DNA from: Cetorhinus maximus
Taxonomy: Eukaryota
Reading direction: 5' to 3'
Assembly (NCBI RefSeq): GCF_964194155.1
Contig: NC_135879.1
Location: 212,660,001 to 212,724,000, forward strand
Length of the DNA: 64,000 nt
Part shown: in pieces, positions 10,593 to 22,869 of the stretch
Position numbering within the stretch: position 1 is the first letter of the stretch
Layout of the letters: each line of letters opens with the position of its first letter
The notes under the pieces: generated by a model
The model's input: the letters and a program-made list of their open reading frames with translations, nothing else
Databases searched by the model: none
What the model was told of the DNA's origin: nothing
Made by a program: the position numbers and the translations under genes

Positions 10593-13112
10593 TGAGCTGC
10601 CTTCTTGAACTGCTAAAATCCATGTGGTGTAGGTACACCCACATTGCTGTTGGGAAGGGAGTTCCAGGAATTTGACCCAGCAACAGTGAAGGATCTGTGA
10701 TATGTTTCCAAGTCGGGATGGTGAGTGATTTGGAGGGGAACTTCCAGGTGGTGGTGTTCCCATCTATCTACTGCCCTTGTCCTTCTAGATGGTCATGGGT
10801 TTGGAAGGTACTGTCGAAAGAGCCTTGGTGAGTTTCTGCAGTGCATCTTGTAGATGGTACACACTGCTGCCACTGTGCATCAGTGGTGGAAGGAGTGGAT
10901 GTGGCTGCAGTGTCCTGGATGATGTCAAGCTTCTTGAGTGTTGTGGGAGCTGCACTCATCCAGGCAAGTGGGGAATATTCCATCACACTCCTAACTTGTG
11001 GCTTGTAGATGGTGGACAGGCTTTGGGGAGTCAAGAGATGAGTTACTTGTTGCAGGATTCCTAGCCTCTGACCTGCACTTGTATCCACAGTATTTATATG
11101 GCTAGTTCAGTTCAGTTTCTGGTCAATGGTAACCCCCAAGATGTTGATAGTGGGGGATTCAGTGATGGTAATGCCATTGACTGTCAAGGGGTGATGGTTA
11201 GATTCTCTCTTGTTGGAGATGGTCATTGCCTGACACTTGTGTGGTGTGGATGTTACTTGCCACTTGTCAGCCCAAGCCTGGATATTGTCCAGGTCTTGCT
11301 GTATTTGGATATGGACTGCTTCATTATCTGAGGAGTTGTGAATGGTGCTGAACATTGTGCAAACTTCAGTGAACATCCCCACTTCTGACCTTATGATGGA
11401 AGGAAGGTCATTGATGAAGCAGCTGAAGATGGTTGGGCCCAAGACACTACACTGAGGAACTCTTGCAGTTACGTCCTGGAGCTGAGATGACTGATCTCCA
11501 ACAACCACAACCACCTTCCTTTGTGCTAGGTATGACTCCAACCAGCAGAGAGTTTCCCCCTTGATTCCCATTGACTCCAGTTTTGCTCGGGCGCCTGGAT
11601 GCCACACTCGGTCGAATGCGGCCTTGATGTCAGGTGTAGTCACCCTCACCTCACCTCTGGAGTTCAGCTCTTTTGTTCCTGTTTGAACCAATGAGGTCAG
11701 GAGCTGAGTGGCCTTGGCAGAACCCAAACTGGGCGTCAGTGAGTAGGTAATTGCTAAGCAAGTGCCACTTGATAGCACTGTTGATGACCCCTTCCATTAT
11801 TTTACTGATGATCGAGAGTAGATTGATGGGGCAGTAACTGGCCGGGTTGGGTCCATCCTACTGTTTGTGTACAGGATATACTTGGACAATTTTCCACATA
11901 GCCGGGGAGATGCCAGTGTTGTAGCTGTACTGGAACAGCTTGGCTAGGGGTGCAGCAAGTTCTGGAGCACAAGTCTTCAGTACTATTGCCGGAATATTGT
12001 TAGGGCCCATAGGCTTTGCAGTATCCAGTGCCTTCTGCCGTTTCTTGGTATCATGTGGAGTGAATCGAATTGACTAAAGACTGGCATCTGTGATGCTGGG
12101 GACCTCCGGAGGATCACCCACTCGGCACTTCTGGCTGAAGATTGTAGCAGATGCTTCAGCCTTATCTCTCGCACTGCTGGGCTCCCCCATCATTGAGGAT
12201 GGGGATATTTGTGGAGCCTTCTCCTCCAGTGAATTGCTTAATTGTCCACCACAATTCATGACTGGATGTGACATGATTGCAGAGCTTAGATCTCAGGTTG
12301 TGGTATCACTTAGCTCTGTCTAGCACTTACTGCTTATGCTGTTTGGCATGCAAGTAGTCCTGTATTATAGCTTCACCAGGTTGACACCTCATTTTTAGGT
12401 ATGCCTGGTGCTGCTCCTGGCATGCCCTCCTGCACTCTTCAATGAACCAGGTTTGATCCCCTGGCTTGATTGTAATGATAGAGTGGGGGATATGCCGGGC
12501 CGTGAGGTTACAGATTATGTTCGAGTACAATTCTGCTGTTGCTGATGTACCACACCGCCTAATGGATGCCCAGTCTTGAGTTGCTAGATTCATTTGAAAT
12601 CTATCCCATTTAGCACGATGGTAGTGCCACACGACACAATGGAGGGTGTCCTTAATGTGAAGGCGGGACTTTGTCTCCACAACAACTGTGCAGTGGTCAC
12701 TCCTACCGTTATTGTCATGGACAGATGCATCTGTGGCAGGCAGGTTGGTGAGGATGAGATCAAGTATGTTTTTCCCTCTTGCTGGTTCCCTCACCACCTG
12801 CTGGAGACCCAGTCTAGCAGCTATGTCATTTAGGACTCGGCCAGCTCGGTCAGTAGTGGTGCTACTGAACCACTCTTGGTGATGGACATTGAAGTCCCCA
12901 CTCAGAGTATATTCTGTGCCCTTGCCACCCTCAGTGCTTCCTCCAAGTGATGTTCAACATGGGGGAGCACTGATTCATCAGCTGAGGGAGAGTGGTACAT
13001 GGTAATCAGCAGAGGGTTTCCTTGCCCAGGTTGGACCTGATGCCATGAGGCTTCATGGGGTCCAGAGTCGATATTGAAGGCTCTCACGGCAACTACCTCC
13101 CGACTGCATACC
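10593..13112 (-). mobile_element. CR1-clade LINE (same family as 3292-5292), APE + RT, 5'-truncated and disrupted
   Basis: ORFs 12327..12797 (VREPARGKNILDLILTN..SDH), 11107..11778 (DIKAAFDRVWH..VPQCSVLGPTIFSCFINDLP) and 10768..11088 (QVRSVMEYSPLAW). Confidence 0.9.
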
Positions 13113-13809
13113 AGGTAAGGGTGAGGACTTGGAAGCAGACATAAGCCCTCGAGGTGTGAAGAAGAAGGCGGGGCGGTCAATGTGGATGGAGGTGGGACTC
13201 TCAGAAAGGTAGGGAACGTGCACATTCACCTGGGCACCCCTAAAAGAAAAGGGTTCTGGCTGGTAGGTAATGGTGGGAGGTGGAAGGTGATGCCAGGGGG
13301 GTCCCAGTGATGGGGGAAAGGACATGGGTGACTGGGGGAAGATGGGAGAGCTGAGCAGAAATGTGATGACTACCATTTTTCTCAAATTGATAGTGAGCGG
13401 AGCCTCGTGTTAGGTGAGAACAGGTGCTGTATGGTGGTGTGATCAATGGGTGGGCGGAGATGCAGGTCAGCTCAGATGGACAACTGAAAGCAAACTCCAG
13501 CAGGCAGCATTGAAAATACTTGGGGCAGTGAGATGAGTGTGATGAGGGAAGAATCCGCGTGTGTGGGAGAGCGTTTGCACGAGGCTCCAAGAGGCCCTGC
13601 CAAACACACACTTCTCCCTCCAGAATCACTCGTGGTCTGGCTGTGTGCAGCTGAACTGCTAGTGGGGAGCATGGGGGAGTGGGGTGTGGGAGGGTGTGGG
13701 TGGTGGCGTGGGGGCTCCTGAAGGCACCATTATACATTATTCAGCAAAAGTGAATATATTTTCAGATTATAAAGTGACAAAATGTGTTCACCTGTGCAAC
13801 CACTTGTGA

Positions 13810-15674
13810 TCAGGAATTCTTAACTTTTCTAGGCCTACCACTTCCCCTAGGTGCTGCCCTGACATCCGCAGCAGGGGTGGAGGCAGCCTGTGCAATGGTT
13901 AGACCCATTGCTTCTGAGGGCTGCGGTGTGGGTCCTCTGGAAAGCCGAGGCCTTGGGGGCCCTGACTTGCTTTGGCTGTCCTCCTGTGGGCTGGCTGCTC
14001 CCTCTGCGGTGACAGAGGATGATGTTGAGGGGGTCACAGGTAAAGGGGACTCGAAGGGAGAGGACAGCCTCTGAGATTCCCAAGTTGATGACCCAGGGGC
14101 GTCCAGCTGCCCCTCCGCCAGCCTTCAGTGACCAATAACCCCGGCGTGACTACTTGAGGGAAAGGAACACCTGGAGGGACATTGAGGTGCTCCATTTCCC
14201 TCTGACATTGCCACTGCAGGAACTCACCCATGGCTTTCGCGATGGAGTGCAGCTTTGGAGGCATCTCAGTTTTCTGCTGGACATCATGGCGCCGCCATCT
14301 TTCCCATGGAGACCTCCATGCATGCACATGTGGGCACCACTTCATCAGAGAGCAGGCAGATGCACTCATCTGACTCACGTACCACTCTGTTGAGGGCTTC
14401 CAACAGCTCTGCTTAATGTTCCTTTGCCTTCTGCTGACCCTCCATGATGAGCTGGAAGGCTAAATCCAGATGTTTGTCATCTGGCTTGGACTTCACAGGT
14501 GCCTCTTCCCCAGCAGTCCTCCGTGTGCCGGGAAGCTCGGCTGAACCTGCCTCCTCCTGCTGCGGACACATATCCGTGTGGTGACCACCAGATTGTGAAC
14601 CCAAGACTGCTCTAGATCTAGGTCCCACTGAGTTGTGTGTCTCTGCGCTGGTGGAGGGTGTGGGTAAGCGATGTGACAGGTCTTAGAGGCTGCTCATTTC
14701 CAGTTCTTCAATAGAGGAGGTGTCTCTAGGCTGGAGATGAGGACCTTGATGGAGCTGAGGGACTGGCTGAGGGTGTCGGCCACTTGGCAGAGCTCCCTGT
14801 GAACCAAAGTAGAGGTAATTAGCTCTGAAGAAGGGTCATATAGACTCAAAACGTTAACTCTGTTTCTCTCTCCACAAATGCTGTCAGATCTCCTGAGATT
14901 TTTCAGCACTTTCCGTTTTTGTTGCAGATAATGAGTGCATGGCAGCAGAGTCAAAAGCAGGAGAGAGAACACTCCATTTGCGTCGAGAGAGGGATGATGT
15001 GGTGCAGAATCCTCACGTGGGGGTTCACCGCTGACCTCACCATCCCTGGAGGCACAGTCCACCTCCTCACCAGTCAGCGCGATGGCACACTCCACAAAGT
15101 GAGTGAGGGGCCTAATGTGGGTCACTCCACCCCAAGTCTGGGACCTCTCCCTGTTGTTGTGAGCAGGCTTCTCCTGCATGGAAACAGATGGAGTGTGAGC
15201 AGGACACATGGCACTGCTTGGAATGTTTGTGTGGTGAGCGGAGACATGGACAGGATGAGGATGTGATCTACAGAGGGTATGAGCCTGTTGGCGGTGAAGA
15301 TGTGTGTGAGAGTTAGCGGTGTTGTCCCCTGACGTGTGAGATCCCTGTGGATATATGATGGGTTAGTGAGAGTTTAGAGTGATGAGGTGGTTGACTTACC
15401 CTGGCGGAACAGAGGAGATCATTCATCCTCTTCCTGCACTGGGTGGCTGACCTCCTCTGTGCTCTGGTGGCGCTGACCACCACTGTCACCACCTCCCAGG
15501 CTGGATTGGTGACTCTGGTGGACCTCCTGTGGCCAGAGTGGGGGTAGAGGACATTGCGGCGGCCTTCCACTGTGTCCAGCAGGCGCCCCAGAGAGGCCTC
15601 ACTAAATTTGGGGGCTGCTGTCTTCTTTGCTCTTGGAGCCAGCTGTTGCCTGGAGCAGTCTGGTCTGAAGGCAT
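13810..15674 (-). pseudogene. Harbinger Myb/SANT-like DNA-binding protein gene, about 3 exons, disrupted
   Basis: Exon 1 APKFSEASLGRLLDTVEGRRNVLYP..PAWEVV..RSATQCRKRMNDL then gtaagt (donor at 15399); exon 2 from 15173 EKPAHNNRERSQTWGG; exon 3 from about 14796 ending GRPRKVKNS*; frameshifts and stops. Confidence 0.8.
14820..14930 (+). mobile_element. Penelope-like terminal fragment with mutated hammerhead core, in a Myb-gene intron
   Basis: CTGAAGA-A-GGGTC-atata-GACTC-aAAA-CGTT-aactctg followed by the shared tail. Confidence 0.6.
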
Positions 15675-17428
15675 GAAGTAGGCTCCGCTCTGGTGTGCTT
15701 TAAATATGGCGCCCGGAGTGAGAAAGCGCTGAGGTCATGGCTTAGCGGGCAAATCCAAGACTGCCCACCAACAATCTGGGGTGTTTCCTGTGAGGCGGAA
15801 CACGTCGTGAATAGGACGATACAGCGCAAAAAGCCGCCATTACGGCCGGCAGGTAAAAAACCCTTTTCCCCACCCGCTACTGCATTTTGTGAAAATTCCA
15901 CCCTAAGGGTGGGACAAAATTAATGGAAAACGGAGCAGGAGACAAATAGGCATAGTTACAATGAGTGGCTTTTTTTTTGCAAAGTTTATGTCCATGAACA
16001 ATGCCATGGAATATCAACTAGAATTATGGCAAGCGATTTGGTGCGGCAAAAATGACCTATCATCTCACTACAGCTGTGAATGAGCCTTTCTTTCTTACTT
16101 GTTGCTGCTTTTTCTTCCCTCGCACTTTAATTTTAAACAGCAATGTACTTTAAAATGCTTATTTTCAGCCTTTCGGGCCTGCATTGAACACTGAAGGAAG
16201 TTTGCAGCTGGTTACAATAAAAGCTTTGCCATGCAGCTGCTAAGTGCACAGTGCGCTGGCAGAGTTTAAAATGAGAGTTTGAATTAAATTGCCAGCAAAC
16301 AGAATGCACAATGGCTGTACAAGGAGCAAGTTGGAGCAACCAGCTGGAAACCTTTGTCACTCTTAGGCACATAGTGCTGATTAAAACTAAAGACAGGAAA
16401 AGTTCAGCTTGAGGGTGAAAATCACACCATTTGTCACAGAAGAAGAAAATCACTCTCCCTGTAACACATTGCCTGTCATTTATAAAACAGCACGTTTTCT
16501 GACTTACTGGGAACAGAACCACGGGTGATCCATTAGCTCATAGGAAAATACCTTGCATTGGAGGAAAAGGTGCAGTTGATTACAGAAAATGTGACATTCC
16601 TCCTCCTTTGTTGCTGGGGTGACTGGCATTTGCTGCTATCTCAACTTCCTCTCCCCAGTAAGAAATACTGCCCAAGCCATTAGAATTGAGTCCAATTCTA
16701 TTAATTTAACCAAAATAATCACCTGTCAGGCATTTGTTTCTTCAGCTACAATCAGGAGAAAGAATCCTGGCCTCCAGCTGCCCCACCTTGTGAGTACCTG
16801 AAAAAGTCATGTAAAAAATGCAGGGAGGAACCAATCCAACCTCACCCATGGTGCCAGGAAAGGCATCCGTGATACTGCAGTTCCTCAAAAGTACCTTCCG
16901 ATTGTTCTTTCCTCGTCTTTGGGTACAGATCAAAACCTGCCACATCCCCAGCGGCCTGTCTTGTGACAAGTGTGGGAAGCCTGTCCAGATGTGGAAAGTA
17001 TTGCAGCTGATCCCAACCCCCAGCTTGTCAGACATCTCACACTTGCACCTTCCAAATGGGGATCTGAAAATAACAAGAGTTGAAATCATTATAGATTTCT
17101 GTTACCCTAGAGGACAGGGTGTGATGTCCACTGCAGCAGTGCACTGTCTGAGGTCAGTTCTCTCAGCACAGAGCAGGGTTTGGAGTTGGGACCCTGCTAT
17201 TCTCTGTCAGCCAGTGCCACACTAGACGATACGTTCATCCACTGGGCGATCGAGAAGCTCTTATCATTTTTTTCAAAAATATCTGATGCAGGAGGTGGTG
17301 TAAGAAAAAAATGTGAAAATGAAGCCAACAGGATAAATTTGTAAGGATGATTTGATAGGTCACCCTGAAAAATGGCTGGGGGTTGTGTGGTGGTAACAAA
17401 TTACATTTACTCATTTTGTTGTTAAAAT

Positions 17429-17620
17429 GGGAGACTGGGTGGTGCAGGAGAAATTTCTCTAGTGTCCTTTCACTTGTAGATTGAATTATGACAAATCAGC
17501 TTGCTACTTGGGGTCAATATGACTGGCATGTTTAAAGCTATCCTGTGTGGATTTTCCACCATGTTGAAGATGTTAACTGATAAAGCTTGAGAAGACAGCT
17601 GATGGAAGGTGTTACCAAAG
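17429..17620 (+). mobile_element. Highly decayed LF-SINE-like element
   Basis: Head gggagactgggtggtgcag is identical to the start of the 1880-2070 copy. Confidence 0.35.
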
Positions 17621-18850
17621 CCAGGTATACAAACACATGCTTAAATATCCACGGTCTGATGCCTGCCTTAATGGGAAGAGATAGAGATGAATGGTCACTG
17701 TTGAAGATCTGGAGATCTAACTGGTGGAACCATCATTTGATTGGATATGGTCCATGTTCATGGTGTGGTCAGGAGGGGGATGGTAACAGCACACTCACAC
17801 ACCTCAAGGTGCTACTTAACATACCATCTGGGAAGAGTTCCTTGTGACCACCCAGCAAAATCTCAAAGCTGTGCTTGCATGTGAGTCAGTAACTAGCCGA
17901 GTGAGGTGAGCGGGATCCCTTTGAAGTCCATTTGGCTCTGAGAGGCCAAGTCTGGAATAGAAAATTGAAATTGGCTGTAAATTGTATACACGAGGCTGAG
18001 AAGTTTACGGTGTTGCTTGGCGCTGGTGGCGATTGACCATCTAGCCTGGCTCTATGTGATGTGATCTGTAGACATTTAGGTGCTGAGAGTTCCAGGTAAC
18101 CTCGCAAACACACGCCATAACACACAAGGAGTGTGAAGCAAATCAAAGCTGAGCGATGACATCCCCTTTCATTAGTCAGTGGATAATTTACAAGCATAGA
18201 TTTGAGCCTTCACTTAGCGGACAATCAGGAACACTTTCCACCTGCACGATAAGCAACACTAAATAACCTGTAGTTTTAGCTGTACCCCGACGCATACTTG
18301 AGGTTCACGAAGCCTTGGCTTTAGCCAACTTGCACGTGATTTCTCTGGGCTGAGTTAAGTATTCATATATTCCTAAGGGAGATTGTGCCCAATATCTTTC
18401 CTCTTTTTTTTCCAGGAGAAGCTGACACATGGAGAATGAATATTTGGATGAACTGTTTGAAACCTGACAACACAGATGGAACTAACATGAGTCACTGCCT
18501 TGAGGAGTGGAAGGGAAAAAAGAAACCTGGAAAAATTGTCACAAGGTCAGTGATGTAACTTGGATAATGGATCGTTAGTGCATTTTCCCCATAGGGTGGT
18601 AACTGGACAATAAAATGACTGACGCATCTGGCCCTCAACATCTCACATTATATTCACTGTGTTGCTGCAGAGAACCAAGTCCTTTCACTTCTGTGCAAGT
18701 CAGCATTTGAAGCACATTTTACTTATACTATCTATCCTTTTATTTAGACCTTTCTGTTAAAGGCATCGAAGTTTCTATATTTTTCTTCAAGTAAGCTCTC
18801 TAAACTGTATCGGTCTGGTTTGAATTGCACAAGAGGGCACTCTACTCCAG

Positions 18851-19547
18851 AGGCAGGATCTTGAGCAATCGGCAGGTCTGGGATCAGCAGGTCCAGGATC
18901 AGCTGGGGAACGGGACGCGATCGGCCCCCGATTGCGATTTCATGCTGGCTGGCCAATTAACGGCCAGTCAGCGTGAAATACGCGCTGAAACACTCAGGGC
19001 TGCCGGGGTTGGGGGGGGTGCGGGAGGAGGGTGTGCGCTAAAGCCAGTGCGGGCGCGGGCGAGTGTGCACAGAAAGCTCCCTGAAGGCACAGAGCTGCCT
19101 CAGGGAGCTGAAGGCTTGAACTACCTAAAACAAAGGTTGCAGGAACTGGAAAAAAGTGTCCAAGCGTCATAATCAGTCATCTGAAAATGTAGGCAATGAA
19201 AATGCTGCGCGCAGAAATTTATTTTTATTTCAGTGGATCACGGAAACCTCATCCTGCCCGTGGATGAGGTTTCATGAGAAATCCAAAGGCCACCTGGCCG
19301 ATTTGCCCTTCCACCAACTGTAGTGTTGGACGGGCAACAAAAAAAATCTGTTAATTGCGCCATTAATGGGTTTAAATTGCCCTTTTAATTGTCAGCAGGC
19401 ACGCTTCCAAGTTTAGCGTGCGCCCGCCGACTGAAACATCGCGCGATAGCGCAATGATGTCGGGACGCTGGTCCGACATTATCACGTGCTATTTTACACT
19501 CGATCGGGTCAGGTGCACACCCGCCCGCTCAGCCATAAACCGTGCCC
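18851..19547 (+). mobile_element. Harbinger-derived MITE (~700 bp)
   Basis: Degenerate TIRs aggcaggatct / aaaccgtgccc with CAG on both sides; collinear with 29697-30369 and with the ends of 41760-46289. Confidence 0.75.
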
Positions 19548-20439
19548 CAGATCACGTGTTAATGCCGCGAAGGATTAGAAAAGCAATCACACAAAAGACG
19601 AAATAGATTTATGCCAGGTTCTTTTATGTTTTTTTCCAACATGGAACCGGTCTTAAGATTCACCCAGTGTCCAGGTTATACGGTACATTACAGTTACAAA
19701 GTATGACAGCAGCTGAGCACGGGAACAAACAGTTTTGTGGAATTATTCATATATAGCAGTGTACATAGAGGCATGCATTAAACAAAGCTATACACTAGCA
19801 ATTCATATAAATAAAATCACTTTAAAAAATACCATTAAATAGATCAACATTCACAGTCAAACGAGTTTAATTGGAAATATAAGGACACAGATGAAGAGAA
19901 ATGGCATCAAAATTTGTAATCAAGCCAATGAAAGTAATTATTTTTCAATACAATTTGAAGGCAATTGTTTGTTATACACTATACTGGATAGTTTATTAAA
20001 TGCTATCAACTCAAAAATTTACAGTAATCAGTGTGGTCTTTGAGTGCCACAGTTAACAAGAAATACAGAATACACGTTGGTCAATTATTCCATTCAATGA
20101 TAACAGAGAGCTATATAAGTTAGATATTGTGTGTGGAATATCTTTTTCTGGTAAATCAGCATCTTGAAGTGCATTTCAGTTACACTATCTTTGTAGTTAG
20201 ACATTTCTGTTAAAGACATCCTTGCTTCTGTATTTTACATCAACTAAGTTCTCTAAAGTGTATCAGTCCTGTTTGAATTGCACAATAGGGCACTCTATTC
20301 ATTATTTTTCAATGTTTTGGGGGAGACAAAAGCCATGCATCATTTCAACATAACAGCAAATAAGAAAAAAGGTGCCTTTCCCTGACCACCCCCATCCACC
20401 CCTCAATTATTTACTTACTAACTTCTGGTACCTCCCCCA

Positions 20440-20710
20440 ACTGGCTATTTTGCTGTGACCCTAGACTGTGAGTGTCAACAGGCTAGATGACTGGTGAATC
20501 ACAGTTAGGCTGATCCTGCTTTCACCTGCGTCACGAAGCATGCACTTTCCAGCAGATCACTGGATTATGGTTTGGGAATGGGAATCCTGGTTGATTTTTC
20601 CCCTCCTTGGCCTCGTGACAACTGCAGCATGGCAATCACTGTACTGCCTGAGATCAGCAGGCCAAGATGTGAGCCCTGGACCGTCTTGTTCATGTGTATA
20701 GCACACTTGG
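20440..20710 (-). mobile_element. Ancient SINE family copy (others near 30570-30870, 39000-39200, 51520-51720, 54360-54700)
   Basis: Shared decayed motifs gcactttccagcag..tcactgga..gggaatcctggttgatttttcccct..ctgagatcagc. Confidence 0.45.
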
Positions 20711-21174
20711 TGTGTTTATGGAACAACATACTCATGCATTTACAAAATAACAGACTAGCCTATTTACAGAAAATAAATCACTTGAAAAAACCCTGAAAAT
20801 ATTCTTGTAAAACTTCATCTTGAAGTAAGAGTCATGATAACACCATGTGTAAATGACCCAATAGTGCATTTCTTTTTCCCTCAATTTAGTTTCCTCTCCT
20901 GCAGGCACTGACTCATGCTGGGCTGGAAATCTATTGGTGCTGACAGCTCTCCTGTACTTCACCTCGCCCAAGTGGTCATTTATTATGTGTAGGATTAGAG
21001 AGTGAATGCTGGCATGTTAATCCATTGTGTGTGGCAGAAAGCATCATTGCCAGCCCAACTTTGTCCTCACTTGATATTGATCAGGGCAGGAACATTACCT
21101 AGATTTTCCACCCTCTTGCACAGAAGCATTGAAGCAAATACAGTACCTACAGTATTACATTTATATACATAGAA

Positions 21175-21600
21175 AGACATAGAAGTTACAACATGGAAAC
21201 TATTCCATTCAACTAGTTTGTGTCAGCGCTTAACTTCCAGTCAAGCAAACAGTTCAAATCAAATTTACTCATCCTGTCCCCTTATCTCTTTCACCCCTTT
21301 CTCTCCATCCACCTATCATATCTAATTTTGACTGCTGATATACCCACTGCATCAATCACTATGGCAGAAAGTGTATTCCATATCCTCATTCTCTGTGTAA
21401 AGAAGTTTATGCCTCCTTTTGCAATCTCTTATATTTTATCTATAGTCCCTCGACCCTTCAACTGGGAACAGCCCACTTCTGTATACCATGTTCTATCCTT
21501 CCATAATTTTCAATATTTCTATTATATTGCCCCATAATTTGCATTGTGACTAACGAAGAAAACTTCAATTTTTCAAGTCTTTCTTTATATTTGCATTTTG
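21175..21600 (-). mobile_element. Decayed CR1 3' fragment
   Basis: catagaagttacaacatggaaac... tail and cactctctgtgtaaagaagttt-like block. Confidence 0.55.
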
Positions 21601-22869
21601 GCACTTCTCATAAAAGCCACCATTTCTGAAAGGACTTTACACAGGAGAGAGGTGTGTACCAAGTACAAAATGAAGGAATTTGGTCTGGACTCCCATATCA
21701 AAAGGGATAGGTTTTTAGGAGGCCTTGAAGACAGGAAGTGAAAATGGCTTTCAGACTTCTGGAAGGCAGAGACATCATGGGTGAAAGATCAGCCTTCAAT
21801 ATTGTGCAAGAGAGGGAAGGGAAAAAGCAGTGATCCAAGGTCAGGGAGAGAGAGAGAGAGAGGGCGCAGGAATCCAGAGCCACAAAAAGAGCTCAGGTAC
21901 GGAGAGATCTGAGGGTGAAAATGAGATTGGGGTGGTGGGTGGGGTGGGGGGGAGGAGTGGGGTGGTGGGGAGTGGGCAGAGCAGGCAGAAATTGATCCTC
22001 AAGATGATAAAGTTGTGCTGATGAGGTAGCGGCGTAATTGGACAATGCTTCAGAGATGAAACAAGTAATCTTGACAATGGATTGGATTTGGGTTTTAAAG
22101 CTCAGGATGGTGCAACAACAGCTCTGAAATGCTGCAGGCCTAAGAATCTGTGTTGTCGACACATATCAGGCAGTCGACTACATGCTTGAAGTTGCTGTCC
22201 CCCAGGGACAACATTCACAAGATGCTAAGGCAGTGGGGATCAAGGCCAGTTAATTCAGCAGAGCACAGTTATCAAACCTGGCACCTTTCTGGTCTAAATG
22301 GCTTCTTTTTGTTCTGGGCAGCAGAGCTGTTGAGGAGGTGTAATCATGAAGTCATTGATCTTGCTTCTCCTAATTCCATAGAAATTAATCTATAAAAAAT
22401 CTGGGGACAGCCTCAAGATTCCCCGTTGATGTACTTTGGCCCCAGGAAACTTGCACCGACTGCACTGGGGAAAATTCCACCCAGTTGATGACAAATTTGA
22501 ACGGTATCAAAAATGAACATTTTTCATACTCAAGGCATTGGGCTCTTGGAACTTGCTCTCAGTTCTGGGGGCGGGGCGGGAGGGGGGCGGTGGGGGGAAG
22601 GATCACATGCGAGATGGATTGTGCCCTAAAATTGGCCCTTACAAAACGCTTTTCTTCCCCCCAAAAAATGGACAGGGTGTGGTCCAACTTTCCACCTCCA
22701 AAGTCTCACACTATAATTACGTTAAGGTTTTCCATTCAATTTCAGCAGCAGCAAATTAAATCTCAGGATTGACTCTCACCTGCCAGCTGTGCTCAGTCCA
22801 CGTTTGGTTTTCTCAACAGTCGCTTACTTTTGTGAATCCCACAAATGTTCAGAATGAATCTCACACGGA

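Larger units (their letters stand above)
9231..15903 (-). mobile_element. Non-autonomous PIF/Harbinger transposon (Myb gene only) with nested insertions
   Basis: TIRs ggtgggaattttc / gaaaattccaccc (11/13 match); TAA on both sides (9228-9230, 15904-15906); contains a Myb/SANT pseudogene. Confidence 0.7.
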
